Shown: in pieces, positions 44,354-59,200 of the stretch
Position numbering within the stretch: the stretch's first letter is position 1
How the letters are laid out: each line of letters opens with the position of its first letter
From: Podarcis gaigeae
Lineage: Eukaryota
DNA: 64,000 bases
Direction: 5' to 3' (one strand)
Assembly (NCBI GenBank): GCA_964106915.2
Contig: OZ066919.1
Notes under the pieces: model-generated
Told to the model about the DNA's origin: nothing
Databases searched by the model: none
The model's input: the letters and a program-made list of their open reading frames with translations, nothing else
Program-made: the position numbers and the translations under genes

Positions 44354-47209
44354 GTAAGTGAGCAAGGTAGTATAAAAGTCATCTGTTATGGACACATGTT
44401 CTGCTTTCCTAATATAATAATACAAGAGGAAGGGAGCATAGGCTTGAAGGCCATAGGATGCTATCTCAAACTGAGGCAGACAATACACAGTACTGACCAT
44501 GCTGACTGGTAGTAACCCTGTAGGTTTCAGACAGGATCTTTTCCTGGCTCTTCCTGGAAATTCTGGGTAAATCATGTGCTCAACCATTAAGCTATGGCTT
44601 TCCCTTCAATGGATTGTTGTAGTCACTAGTCTGCATGATCAGGCAGCTCATTATAGAGTTAAATGAAGAACTGTTATCCTGAATCTTATGACTCGTCCTA
44701 AGTTTATCTATTCTATACAAACCAAGACTACTCCGCCACCACACTCAGCAAGTAAGCACTCCTTTCCTGCTTGATAGTGTGCAAGTTTTATTTACCTGGT
44801 CATCTTGAGTTCAGGTAACAATTTTTGGTGGTGAAGTAAAGGTAAAGGTACCCCTGCCCGTACGGGCCAGTCTTGACAGACTCTGGGGTTGTGCGCCCAT
44901 CTCACTTAAGAGGCCAGGGGCCAGCGCTGTCTGGAGACACTTCCGGGTCACGTGGCCAGCATGACATCGCTGCTCTGGCGAGCCAGAGCCGCATACGGAA
45001 ATGCCGTTTACCTTCCCGCTGGTAAGCGGTCCCTATTTATCTACTTGCACCCGGAGGTGCTTTCGAACTGCTAGGTTGGCAGGCGCTGGGACCGAGCAGC
45101 GGGAGCGCACCCCGCCGCAGGGATTCGAACCGCCGACCTTTCGATCGGCAAGTCCTAGGTGCTGAGGCTTTAACCCACAGCACCACCTGCGTCCCTTGGT
45201 GGTGAAAGGCTGCCATTATTCTTGGACTGTGTCTTTTTTTAAAAAAACAGCTATGTATTTTCCTTGATTGTGCACTGCAAATCCATGCCTGAACCACACT
45301 GAACCATTATTATCTCAAAATATGTGAATATATAAACAAGCCCTTGCTACAAAAGGCATTCCTCTATAGCTTGGTAATGATTTATACAAAGTTGAACTCA
45401 GTCAACTCTTCTATCTGTTTGAATTTGCCCTAGTTGAGCTGATTATGCACTGTTAATTTATTTCAGATTTACAGGTTGTGCTCTATTTCCTAACAAATTT
45501 GCTTTCCATGGTGTGATTCTTGCTCTCTGTGACATAGGATGATAATATTCCATTAATCTTTTTCTTTTTTTTAGTCACCAAGTTGCAGGAAAAGCAGATT
45601 AAAGGCATAATTGCAAAGGATGACTGTGTAAGGCATGTTGCCCTTTGGTTGGCTGTACAGATAGAGGTGACCACTGGTGTTTTCCCTCCTATCAAGTGCT
45701 GAGTCTTCAATGTGGTCAATAGAACATTAAATGAATGGTTGTTGCACCTTGAAGGCTTACCTGCTTGCTATTAAGCTTATGCTTCCTGGATTATCCATGG
45801 ATGAAGCAAAGTGCTGGCTGAGTATCAGTTGGGTGTAATGCAACAGGAATGGATTATTGATAGATAGATGCTTTTTTGATAAATGCAATTCCTTGGTTGA
45901 TAATGTCCATATCGCTTCTTGGTTCAGCAAGCTTTTTCTGCTAAAAAATACTGCTGTATGTGAAAGTAGTAATTTGTGTGTTGTTTTCTTCCCAGTAATA
46001 AAGTGTGCATATGTCTGGCAGAGAGAACAGATTTTCATTAGGAAAAGGGTGGTATTGGGCCAATTCTTTGGAACATTGTGTGCTCAATAACTTACAGAAT
46101 GCTGCTGCATGGGTTGAATGCTTTTTTGAAAGCTGAACACCCAGGTTAGGGTTGCAATCGGGAACCCTCTAATTGTACCTGTAATCTTGTTACAAAACCT
46201 GGTTTTCCCATTATGTGTACTGATGGCTACTGTGTGCCCTAAATGTGTAGGAAGCACCTGAGTTTCTCTGTCAGCTGACTTGTCTGTCTTTGGAACTGGA
46301 GTGCATTGTTTGCTAGTGTAGATGGAATTTTGAAAGCCATTGCCTATTGGGGTCACCAGAGTCAGAGGCAATGATGTAATCAAAGACAAGGCAGTTCCAG
46401 GCTCCAGGGAAGGAGGTAGACAAGGACTAGAAGCAGATGACTGCGTCAAAAGGCCCCAGACTAGGCAGAAAAGAAGTTTGAGGCAAGGGAGCTGGGGTGG
46501 CTGCTTAGGGTAACGAACCAAACCAGTTAACAGTTACATAGAACCAGCCAGGCCCTTACTGGTTCCTCTGACCTAACTTGGTTGGAGAGCAGCCATGCTG
46601 TCTCTGACCAGGACTGGCCCAATATATTTTGCTGCCTTAGGCAAAGGACAAGATGGCACCATGCCATTTCCCAGAGAGAAGCTGACTGGACGGGCGGTAC
46701 TAGCAATGGAGTAGTGTTCGTCATAATGCCTGAAGGCAGCAGGGTAGAGAAAGGGCTCTGCCCTCTGACAGAAAGCACCACGGAGACGAAGCCAATCACT
46801 CACTTCTTCTGCTGTCTAAATTACATGAGATGTGAAGTTGCATGTTTAAATAAGAGTCTTCAGTCTGGCTGCTTTTTCTTTAAAATAAAAGGGGCCCTGA
46901 TCCAGAATGTCATCCAGATCAAGGCCCTGCAGTGGTTTTCTGCTAAAAAAACACCCTTACCTGTTTGCTCTTGGTCTCCACAGTTTCTGTTTCTTGGTTT
47001 GCTGTGAAGGTTTTCTTTATTCTGTTTTGTGGTCTTTTTCATATTTATTAATATTTATTATGAGCCCTGCTGGAAATTATTTTAAATAGTGTCGTGGAGG
47101 AGTTTTATGTAGAGTACTGAGTTTGAGTTTACAGTAGCTTTTGCTAATAGTGGTTGCTTTCAGAACCCTGAAATGCTTCAGGAGGAAAGGTGAGATGATG
47201 ATGATGATG

Positions 47210-47251
<42 letters not shown>

Positions 47252-50200
47252 GAAATAAAAATAAATTAATTGTACCTAAGACCTTTTTCTAAAGGGGAAA
47301 AAGAAACCTGGTTGTCATTTGCTTTGATCAGAGTCTTCCAGTGGATTCTTGTCAGGAGCTGACCCAGTTGTGTGAAGGATTTTTATATCTTTTTGAGAAG
47401 CTGTGAGTTGTGTCAAGAATTAACTTGGTGATGTTGTGCTGGGTGCACTTAATCGTTTCCAGCCTGCTTATCTGACTACCCTGAATATGAAGCAGGATCA
47501 AAATCCTGCCTACACAGCTTTCCTGTCTTATTAGAATTATGAACATGCCAGGAATATTGATTTTTTTTTGCTTTGAGTTTTTGGTCAACAGCTCAGATTT
47601 CCAGCATGAGAGTTTTTGGCCTCTCTGGCCAACTGTTTATATTTCTCAGACTGCCCATTTGTTTTGTACTCTCTTCAACTAGCCAGAGATATATGGCCCT
47701 GCTATTTAAGTAGAGTCCTTTATGAAGCATTTTCATCTAGCCCTTCCAGGAATTGTTCTCTTTAATTGCATAGCTGGCACTGGAACAGCCATTGTGAAGG
47801 CAGAAAATAACCACACTGTATATACATTTATATATGGAGTGTTAAAGTGATCCTGTGTGTTGTAGTTGTATTAACCTCTCCCTCTATTGTCACAGCACCA
47901 TTTTAAATTAGGAGACTTGCTTCAAATAATGTTTAGAGACAAATGCTAACTGGAGCTGATGAGAGTTGGATGGACCATACAAGTAAGAAGTGATTGTCTC
48001 CTAGGAGCAGTCATGGTCATCTTCTCATGCTGGAACCTGTGTGATCAAAGATGGGCATCTCTAATGACCTTTTTCTTTCCTGTCAGGTGCCTATCTGGTT
48101 CCATATCTTGTATTGCTCATCCTCATCGGCATCCCTCTCTTCTTTCTGGAGTTGGCTGTTGGCCAGAGGATCCGCCGGGGCAGTATAGGAGTGTGGAATT
48201 ACGTCTGCCCTCGTTTGGGGGGCATTGGATTTGCCAGCTGCCTTGTAAGTGCTTGCAGAAGGCTTGTGGTGGCTTTGGGACAGTTGTGTGGATGATAGAC
48301 AGGTGGTCTTCCATATGTACTGTCTAGCAGACATGTGCATAATAGACCCATTTCCCGCTGTAAAGAGGGCTTAGTTATTGCAGAATATAATTAGAAGATA
48401 CCAGCCTGTGAAGGTGGTTGGTTAGAAGCTCAAGACTGATGCCTTGAACAGTTCTTTCCCCCAACTATGGAACAGGATCAGACATTTACCATCAAGTTCT
48501 GATTTCCTTTGATTTCCCCACATGATCCTATATACTGTATATCTGAACTAGGATGTGCCCTTCAGGAATGTGCCCTAACTGATCCACTGTTCACACCTGT
48601 CAAAATAAACCTCTTTGTAGCTTAGTCCTGATGATTCACTCTGCAGAGGGTCAAGTGATGGGCAGGTGGGTGCTAGCAAAAAGACCATTTTCCCTCTGGG
48701 ATTGATACTGGAACTCAAGCTTAGTGCCACAACTCACTCATGCCCCCTAAGCACCATTGTGCCATTCAGCATCTTATATAAACTGCTGGGATGACAACCT
48801 GTGCCCCATGATTGATGTGGCCCTGGATCACCTGTGCAAGAGCAACACTGCTTCCTTGATATCTGGCAATTTTAAGGGAAACAATCACTGGATATGCCCA
48901 CATCACAGGACAGAGCAGATTTTGAGAATGCATGGGGAGACAAGAGGAAAGAGAAGTCCCTTTGCATAGCATTGGATATAACCCAGTGCATTTCAATGTT
49001 CCATTCTCCACCATTCATTTTAGTATCACTTCGTTTGGAAATACGTTTTGCTGTCCAGGATCCAAACATTTTCATTCTTCTGTTGCCAGGTCTGCTTGTT
49101 TGTTGGACTCTACTACAATGTGATCATAGGATGGAGCATCTTTTACTTTTTCAAATCCTTCCAGTACCCGCTGCCTTGGAGCGAGTGCCCCGTCATAAGA
49201 AATGGCACAGTGGCAAGTGAGTCCTTTCTCTTTACTGCTTTGCATGTGGTAGAAGGGAAATGAGGCACGCTTCTTTAGGTGATAAACAGCATTCAGCTCT
49301 GTGACTTCTAATCTTCCAGAATCTTATAATTCAAATGTGATAGTTGTTGCAGTAGTAATCAATGTTGGCTGATATCACACAACACAGATGGGTGGATGCA
49401 TTCATTTATCCTTTTCCATCATTGTGGGTCCCAAGGAGAAATAAGTCTTCACTTGCCCTGTACTCTGTAGTTACTATAGTAAGGTAATTCAACATTACTT
49501 TCTCTAGGGGTATGGAGAGTAGTGGCAGAGAACGACCTTCCAGTCAACAACTTAACAATAGTTCAGGTTTGTTTCCAGCTGATAGGGTGTGGGAATTGTG
49601 TTTGGGAATTGGTTGGCAGGAAATGGATACTTTCCAAAGAATGCTATAGAGACACTCTGGAGGTTAATGGAGCATTTAATAGAATGTGAACATCTCCCAG
49701 AATATATATAAATATTTTATAGTGGATGTAAATTGCCCCATTTATTTAACTTTTAGTTTCAGTGGCAAGATCTTGGATTCTTTTTCCTTTCTCCTAATGT
49801 GAACTTCGGCATCCTTCCTGAAGTGCCCTATGAATGCTTGTCTCTCCTACTTAGCCTTTAAATGCTGCCTTGCTTGCTGCGGCACAGGTGTGTCTAAATG
49901 AGAAGTCAAAGCATGTAAAAAAAACCAACTCCGTAGCTTTTGTTCCTTTTCAGCTGTGGAACCAGAATGCGACAAAAGCTCTGCTACTACTTACTTCTGG
50001 TACCGGGATGCCCTGGACATCTCCAACTCCATTAATGAGAGTGGTGGGCTTAACTGGAGAATGACTTTATGCCTCCTGGCTGCTTGGACAATTGTAGGCT
50101 TGGCCATGATCAAAGGAATTCAGTCTTCAGGAAAGGTAAGTGTTGATGGTGGCAGCCCAAAGCAGAACAGAGATTGCCAGAACCTACAGCATTGGACCCA

Positions 50201-53200
50201 CTTATAAAGTGGTGGATCCAGGGATGGGAAACCTGTGGTTCTCCAGATGGTGCTGGACTACAACTCCCATCATCTCTGTCCATTGGCCATGTTGGCTGGG
50301 GCTGACAACGTCTGGAGGGCCACAGCTTCCCCATCCCAGACCTACAGGTTACAGAAGACAATAACTGCTGTATGGGACACAATCTTGTAGGAACAAAGTG
50401 TTCAGCAGCTTCCACACATCCTGAATGGTTCATGGGGCCCAGGTAACCACAATGGAATAAGAAGCTAAGAAAAAGGAAAGGCTGAACACTTTTTCTTCCC
50501 AACCACCTGGTCCAGGAGGGCTTGCTCCATTTTGCTTGGCCTGTGCCTCAGAGCAGCCACCTGAAAGTAAGAATAACATGTGAGAGAGCCCATAGTTGAA
50601 TGAATGAAGTCAGCAGTACCCAATAGCAATCACAGGCACAGCTTCCTCTCTTTTGGGATACAGCTGTTCAGCTTACCTATCTTAGGGCAGATCCACATCA
50701 AACCAATTAGCAGTCACTTATTTCCCCATGGAGAACCACAGGAATTGTAGTTCTGTTTGGGGAGACGGCTCAGGACCTCTAACAGTGAATTCATCAAAGT
50801 ACTGCATTAGCCTGAATATAAGCCACACCCGAATATAAGCCACTCCTTTTAAATGGGGGGGGGATACCCGAATATAAGCCTCTCCCTTCCTCGCTGCTCC
50901 TTGCTGCATACTGGGGGGGGGGGGGAGAGCCGTGCTGCGTTGCCAGCGGCCTTTCCCCTTCCTTGCTCTCTCCCTCCCCAGCCTTGGGGGAGAGGATGGG
51001 GAACTACGCATGGGGCAGGCATCACTTTGCCGTGCTCCTGGTGCTGTTTGCCCCATGCTCCTAGCTGCATACTGTATGGTCACGAATATAAGCCACACTT
51101 TAACTTTTCACGGTTGGAATTTGGGCAAAAAGTGTGGCTTATATTCAGGCCAGTACGGTATCTCACCAAACTACAGTTCCCAAAATGCTTTGTAGAAAGA
51201 AAAATACTGACAGAAGTTTCCAGTAGGGTAGATTTAGGCTTATTGTTCATCCTTAAGACTTCCTTTATATACAGTCTACTGCTGGATTATATAAAGTAGG
51301 ATCTCCCACTTTCTCTCCCTCTCCCACTCAGGTGATGTATTTCAGCTCCCTTTTTCCTTACGTGGTACTGATCTGTTTCCTGGTCCGGGGATTGCTCTTG
51401 AGGGGGGCGATAGATGGGATTCTGCACATGTTCACTCCCAAGGTAAGCCCACCACACTCACCATGTGCCTTTAGACCAGTCAGAGAAATGTCTCTTACTG
51501 GGAACTATAGCTAGCAAGAATCCTATGTCTCTGGTGATCATTACAATCCATGCCCTATGTTAAACTGATGCCTCTGTGGCGCTGCCTGGATGGCACTAGA
51601 GCAGAGCAAATTTTATGTAGGTATAGGTGTTGCTTTTTTAGTCAATGGTGCTACTTTCTCTGAAACTGAAATGCAGAAGATTAATTGCTTTGGGCGTGCC
51701 AGTCCAGGTCTGCTTCATTATTCTTCCTGCTTGTGGTCAGAATTGTACCAAATTAACCAGGTTTGCCAAAGGACAGCTGCAAAATGGATTGACTCATTAG
51801 CTGTTTAATTAATTCATTAAACAAAGATGTCGGTGATTGAAATTATGAAGCTGGCATTAATCCTGATTAATTTTGGATAAGAGATTCTAAAATACAAGCC
51901 CCAGTGTCCAAGTTCTCATTGTAGGTAGAATGATTAGCAACCACACAGCTTCCATTTGCAATACTGTGCAGGCCCTGTCTGTAAATGGCATCTCCATCAG
52001 GTTTGTCCAGATTCTTGGCAGCAGAAGGTCCCACCAGTATCACACTACACACGAGCAGCATGCAATGGATGCTTTAGCTGAGATTCCTGCATTGCAGGGG
52101 TTTGGACTAGATGACTCTATGAGTCTATGATTCTAATTTGGTAGGGCTCACTTGCCATGCCACAAACCATGGTGGACTGAAAGGGAGTAAAATGCTTAAT
52201 AGTTTGCTAGTACATTAGTTTGTAGAGAGCACTTGCATAGCTTGCTAGCATAAGTGTGACTATCCTGTGCAGTCTATTAAGTGTGTTCTGTAAGCAGCAA
52301 TCCTTAATCAATAAGGTTAATCAAGCTTTTCTTGATAAAGGGATGGGGGCTAATTCTAACTGGCATGGGTCATTTTGAAACACTGAGTTTGTTTTTTCTC
52401 AACTTTCATTTGGACACTACCTGTGTTTTCAAGCTTTCTTCCATAGGAATCATAAGGGCTAGTGTTTTTTGTTTTTGTTTTGCTTTTCTCTTTTAAAAGA
52501 TTGTGGCATTTTTTCAGGCATGATATTCCATACCTAACTGGGTAAGCCCACAAAGTGCACAGGCAGTAAAAAAAATCTAAAATGCAATGAAGAATAGGGC
52601 ATTCACAGTTCTGCATCTGAGATCCATTTATTTCCATGGGACCTGATTCCCTTTCTATTGTGCCCTTAGGCATCAATAATTGAGTCAACAGAGGAGAAAG
52701 ATAGAGAGCTGTCTCTAGCATATGCACAAAGAACAGATACCCAGGCAATGGTGTGCTGTTCTCAGCTGCCAATGTTATACATTTAAATATAAATGTGCCA
52801 TATGTGTACCAAGCCGAGCATCTCTGATGCAGGATGGATGACTTGGCTTCCCTCTCATCTCTCCTTACAGCTAGATAAAATGTTGGATATCCAGGTGTGG
52901 CGGGAAGCAGCCACTCAGGTCTTCTTTGCCCTCGGACTGGGCTTTGGCGGAGTTATTGCTTTTTCCAGTTACAACAAGCAGGACAATAACTGCCACTTCG
53001 ATGCAGCCTTGGTCTCCTTCATCAACTTCTTCACCTCCATTTTGGCCACACTGGTAGTCTTTGCTGTGCTGGGCTTCAAAGCCAATGTCATGAATGAAAA
53101 GTGTGTGGTTGAGTAAGTACTCATTCCAGTCTCTCCCTCCCTCCCTCTCCCTTTCTCTCTCCCCCAAAGGCTTCTCTAGAGGGCACAACCACAGCAGCTA

Positions 53201-56200
53201 TTTTTCAGGGTACCTTATAGTTACTTTAAAAAAAGCATCCAGTGCAGCTGGTGCAATTCTGTTCTGGCCTGAAGCTTTGATAGCCAGCAACGGTGGTTTC
53301 CTTCTGGCCAGGTGGCAACCTAGAGTGCTCTCTGGAACTAGGAAAGCAGCTTTTCATCTTATTATTTTTGCAGAATGTGCTGTGAAGTAACTGGACTAAA
53401 TCCTGCCACTTCATTCATTCATTCATTCATTATTATTCAGTATTCATTCAGCTCATTCCTTCACAATTTTCTTCCCTCCATTTTATCCTCACGACAACCT
53501 TGTTAGGTAGGTTTAGCTCAGCGACTGTGACTGACTCACCCAGTGAACTTCATGGCTGAGTGGGAACCAAAACCCTGGTCCCCCTGGTCCTAGTCTGACA
53601 TTCTTGATTAACCACTGCACCACACTGGCTCCCATCAACTGCTGGGGTTCATTTTGCCTGTTTTGCTGGAAGAAGATGCCCTTTGCCCAGAACAAGGTGA
53701 ACAAGGCCAGGCAATGGCTCTGTAATGACCTTTAGCTTCTTCTCCATAGGAATGCTGAGAAGATTCTGGGTTATCTGAATACCAATGTCCTCAGCCATGC
53801 ACTCATCCCACCCCAAGTGAACTTCTCCCATCTCACGGCCAAAGACTACACCGAGATGTATGGTGTGATAAAGACAGTGAAGAAGGATCATTTTGATAAG
53901 CTGGGCCTGGATCCTTGTCTACTGGAAGATGAGCTTAACAAGGTATGTTTATAGCCAGACTTGCTTTTCACAGTATATTTATAGCTGGGCTTGCTTTTCA
54001 TTGTCATTTTCGACCCTAGATGCTGGTTCTGCTCTTGTACATCACTGAAGTCTCAGAGCGAGTCAACTTGCTTGGGAAGAGCACATGGTAGAGCTCTCTT
54101 GGGATTGTACCACTTCTGCATGGTGCAAGTGGGGGATCTCATGCTCATATGCACCCCATTTTCTTGTTAAAAAACAACCACCTCTCATTGCATATAGAAA
54201 ATTAACACCTTGCATATAGAAAATTAGCATATTAGAGAGAAGGCTAAGGCAGAAAGCTTGTGATTTCTGTTTAAGATCACTCTTGGTTGCAGTTCTTACC
54301 ATGTTCTGATGAAGACTTCACTGACATAAAGAATAAGGAACTGAAGTATGTCAAAATCATTGCAAGAATTGAGCTTGTGAGAGGTGGCCGACTATAACAG
54401 TGTTATGGAACAGATGTGTTTGGGTGCTATGAATAGTAGAGCCTATGTTTCATATGCTGAAGTTCTCAAGTTTATTCCCCAGCATCTCCAGGTGGGGGTG
54501 GGAGTGTCCCTTGTCTGAAAACCTCAAGAGCATCTGATGCTGAGCTAGATGGACCATTGGTCTGACTTGGTTTAAGAAAGACTCCTGTCTTCCTGAGATT
54601 ACTGAGGGAGGTGAAACTGAGAAATGAATACATCATGTAATTTCTATGGGATACATGCATTGAAAAGTCACAACTTTCCATGACTTATCAGAACATGTAC
54701 AGATGTAGTGAAACAGATGCTTGTGCAATCATTTGTATACATTATGCATCATTTTCCTTATACCCACAATGGTTTGGCTGTTTGGTTCTGAGAGCCTGTG
54801 ATTTTACAGATAGAAATCTATTTACATGAATACATGCACACCTGCTTTTATGATGTAATCTTCTGCCCAGAATAACGCAAGCATCTTCTTTTGGCTGTGT
54901 ACAGTCAGTGCAGGGAACTGGCCTTGCATTCATAGCTTTCACAGAAGCAATGACCCACTTTCCAGCTTCTCCTTTCTGGTCAGTGATGTTCTTCTTGATG
55001 CTGATAAACCTGGGTTTGGGGAGCATGATTGGGACCATGGCTGGCATCACCACACCCATCATTGACATGTTCAAAGTGCGCAAGGAAGCATTAACAGGTA
55101 AGTTCTCTCTTGGGGAAACTCAAGAAACCATTCACAGAGTAGCACTGTTGTGCATGCAATGACATCATTTAGTTCTGGCCAAGACTTGTGCTACAAAATA
55201 TGTTGCTGGATGGGATCAAATTGTAATTATTAAAAGTCATGGCATAACATCAGAGCTGAAATATATTTGCTGTCCCCAAAAAGAGCAGAGGGATTTGGGG
55301 GTTAAGGGGTGCCTGTCAACATTGGAAAGCTCACACACTGTGATAATGTGGCAGTATCTGGGGAACTGATAATTTTGGGTCATTTCATAAGACCAAACTG
55401 TGGAGGGTTTATGGGTGAGTAGATCTGGGCTGAGTTTGGAAAGTTGTAAAATGATTTTGTGATTATTTCATCAAACCCCCCACATTTATCATACCACTAC
55501 AAAGCTGATCCAAATGGCTGCTAGTAGCATATTCACCGTGCAATCCAAGAATGCTTTGATTACTTCAAAGTAAATCACAGTGGTTTCAATGGATTGTAGC
55601 CCAAATGTGCCTCGGGTTATGAATTGAACACTTCATTGCATGCCAAACTCTGGTAGAATCAATTCAATGCACATGTCCAAATTAGCAAGCTATGTAAAAC
55701 CCAATTAAGCAATGCAGGGTATGAAGCACTGGTAACAAATTCCATTGCAGTGACAAAAGCAAAAACCAGCATTTAAACTCATCATTCAAAGCATCCACAT
55801 CTGAAGCCTGATGTGAGCCAGCCGTGCAGTCAGGACCTGTCATTGCTGATAAGCTCAGTAAAGTTAAGTTAAGGGGGTGTTTCTGAGGTATATAGTACCT
55901 TCTGTGATCTCCACATGCCTACCTGCCTAGATACTTGTAGATTTGTATGTAGCAGATTTTGTTTTACATTTCTCTAAAGATTACATTGCATATTAAAAGT
56001 TTAAGAGCAATTTATAGGGCACTCCTATGAATGTTTGCTTAGAAATAAGCCACACAGTGTTCAATGGAGCTTAATCTCAAAGAAGTGTGTCTAAGATTTC
56101 AACCTTAAACTTTTAAATAGTGAAATCAAGTACTTAAAATTCACTGAAACCAAATGTTGTTCTTGCCTTAACTCTGTTTCCCCATAGTGGCCAGTTGGGG

Positions 56201-59200
56201 CTTCTACGCTTAGGATAAAATTTCTTGTATAGAAGCCACATGTGGAAAGTTGGGTGAATCCCACATATAGCTTGTCACACATGTCTGTTTTACCATGAGT
56301 ACCAAGTACAGGAGGCGCCAGTGGTGGCCTACTTTTGTAAGGCATATGCACATTAACAAAGTCAATGTGCATTCATTTATCAGCAAGCTACATGCAGGAT
56401 ATGTGGCCTTGTAGGTGAGACATTTTGTCATGTCTGAAACTGGCTTTGGAGTTACTTTTTCTGCAGGAGTGATATTATAGCCATAGAGCAACAGACATAC
56501 CAACTTGAAGCTCACTGACCCAACTCCATGATATAGGACAAACAGAGGCAACAAATGCATAATTTTTTGAAGTCGTCTCAGTCTGAAAAATCAGGAATCT
56601 CATCATTACAGCTCTATTGTATCTTCAGCACAGGATCATTTTTTGCATGCACCTCAATATATATTCAAACTCCTATAGTGAAGTGAATTGAATGAGTCGT
56701 GTTGGAGAACTGACATGTGGGTACTATTATGACGAGATGTGATGTGAAAGATGTTTTGTAAGATTCAAAGAGGGCATTAGACTGCAAAAGTCAGAGTGAC
56801 CTAGGTTACTAACATCCAAATCCAGTTCGTCCTGGCCTGGAAATTGGGAAAAGGGTGCTTTCGTCAAGTGAATCAAGAAATGGGTGACTCTTCAAGAGGA
56901 AGTTAAGTTATAATATTTTTTGCAACAATTCTGCAAATATAAGGAACTTGGGATCTAGTTAGTACTGCACAGGCAGACATGAATTTGGGACATTTTATGT
57001 GCTGGACTTCACAGCCTCAACAACACTTAATGAAGAGAAGATGTTTCCCTACATCTCAGTGAGCAAACAATGTGATAACTTTAACACTTTCCCAGAATAT
57101 CTAGTATAGCCTCAAACTTTCCCCTGTCGAATTAGAGCGCTTGTCACAGATATACCCTGAAGCACTTTTTGTCCGTTTGAATAGCTCTAACATATTGATG
57201 CACTGTTTGTGTATCTGAAGAGCTCTAATCTCTCTCTAATTCTGCCCTTAAAGTCTTTCCCATGCACACGCATCTCACGATACTGCCAGGGGCCCTTGTA
57301 GTACGTTGCTGCTCTTCGGTAGAAATAATATTATCAGTTTACCTTTTGGATCCTGCAGCAGTTTTGCATGCCCTCGTGTAGCTGACGGTTACTGTGATCT
57401 GCTCTTTACAGTTGGCTGCTGCATTTTTGCTTTCTTCGTGGGGCTGATCTTTGTGCAACGCTCAGGCAACTACTTTGTCAACATGTTTGATGATTACTCT
57501 GCAACGCTGCCACTCACCCTCGTAGTCATCCTGGAAAACATTGCAGTAGCTTGGATTTACGGCACCAAGAAGTAAGCATTTATTTCCAGGAGGGTTAGCC
57601 TGTTCATATTCCTACAGGCTTGTCTGAATTCCTAAGCATTTGGCTTTGAATGCTTTGCCCCTCTTACCTACCACTACATGGGTTTCATTGTTCTTGAAGC
57701 ACTCGGGCTTCTTGATGCTTCTTTGGACTTCTGACCCCACCAGAGTTCCCATCCAAATCTCTCCATCCAAATCAAGGGGAAGTAAAGAGCAAGGAACCTT
57801 GTGCTTCAACATCTGTTTGTTTGTTTGCTTTCTTCCTTTCTTCTTCCTAGATTCATGCAAGAATTAACAGAGATGCTGGGTTTCCGCCCTTACCGGTTTT
57901 ACTTCTACACATGGAAGTACATCTCGCCCATTTGCATGGCTGGCCTAATGACAGCCAGTGTGATCCAGCTAGCTGTCAGTCCTCCAGGTTATAATGCCTG
58001 GATCCGAGAAGAGGTGAGTTGACAAATAAAAGTGCATCCCCCAAAGGCTACAAATCCACAGGCTGTGTACCAATTGGCAACCAGCCCACATACTATACAG
58101 TGAAGCCACAGGGTCCTCGCTGCAAATGGCTGTGATCATTTGTGCAATTGTTAGGCCAGCATCCACCTGGAGGACAGAGAGGCATCATCCTTATACCAGA
58201 GTACCTTGCATTTCCTCCTGCTTCCAGAGCTGTGGCCCCGGAGGTTGCAGATACACCATAAAACCCAACTAGCCAATATCCTGCTGGAGATGATTCCAGA
58301 CAGAGCTGGCATGGATTTCTGATCACCCTGCCAAGGAATTGGGAGTGAGAGGCTATCTTAGCCATGTAGAGTGACAGCGGTTGAAATCCCAGTGTTGCAA
58401 ATGCTCCCTTGCTTTTTAGGGTAGTCCAAGGTTAAGGAGAGCAGTATTTCAAGGTATGGAACCTGAACATTCATGTAAACATTTATTTGTTCTGCAGGAA
58501 AATTGTTGGTCCAGCTTTGTGCCTACTGCCTCTTTATTAGCATTTTATTTAACTGGGGGTTGCCTCCTGCAAGAGCAAAATGTTTTAATGCAGTGTGCTC
58601 TTGAAAGATTGACCCTTTGGCAGGTGTTTCAGGGTGCGTATGCAGAAAAGGGAACAGAGGGGTGAGAAAGACCTTTTGGCAAAAATCCTTTGCATGTATA
58701 ATATTTTCCCCTTGCAGTACTTGCTGGCCCTTCTCTTGGAGATGGGAATACGAGCAGCATACTTTACTTGCCTTGGTGCCACAGAAATAGCAACTTGATC
58801 ACTTCAAGGACCTCACTTGTGTCGAGGCTGGCAAATGTCAACTGCCAACTGTGTTTTCCCTTCTCTTCCAGGCAACAGAGAAATATCTCTATTACCCCAA
58901 ATGGGCAATGGGCATCCTTGTCTCACTGATCATCCTGGCCACCCTTCCTCTGCCGGTCGTCTTCATCCTCCGCCAGTTTCACCTGGTGTCAGATGGTTCC
59001 AATGCCCTTTCTGTTACTTACAAGAAGGGGCGTATAATGAAGGACATCTCAAACTTAGAAGACAATGATGAGACACGTTTCATCTTGAGTAAAGTACCCA
59101 GTGAAACCCCTTCCCCAATGCCTACACATCGTTCTTATCTAGGCCCAGGGAACACATCCCCAATGGAGATGAGCAGCGTTGCCAATGGACGCTACAGTAG

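Noticed and set aside
50718-51299. 126-148 aa ORFs as a possible transposase
   Set aside because: They fall in a short GC-rich non-autonomous MITE with no DDE/D or HTH motif.
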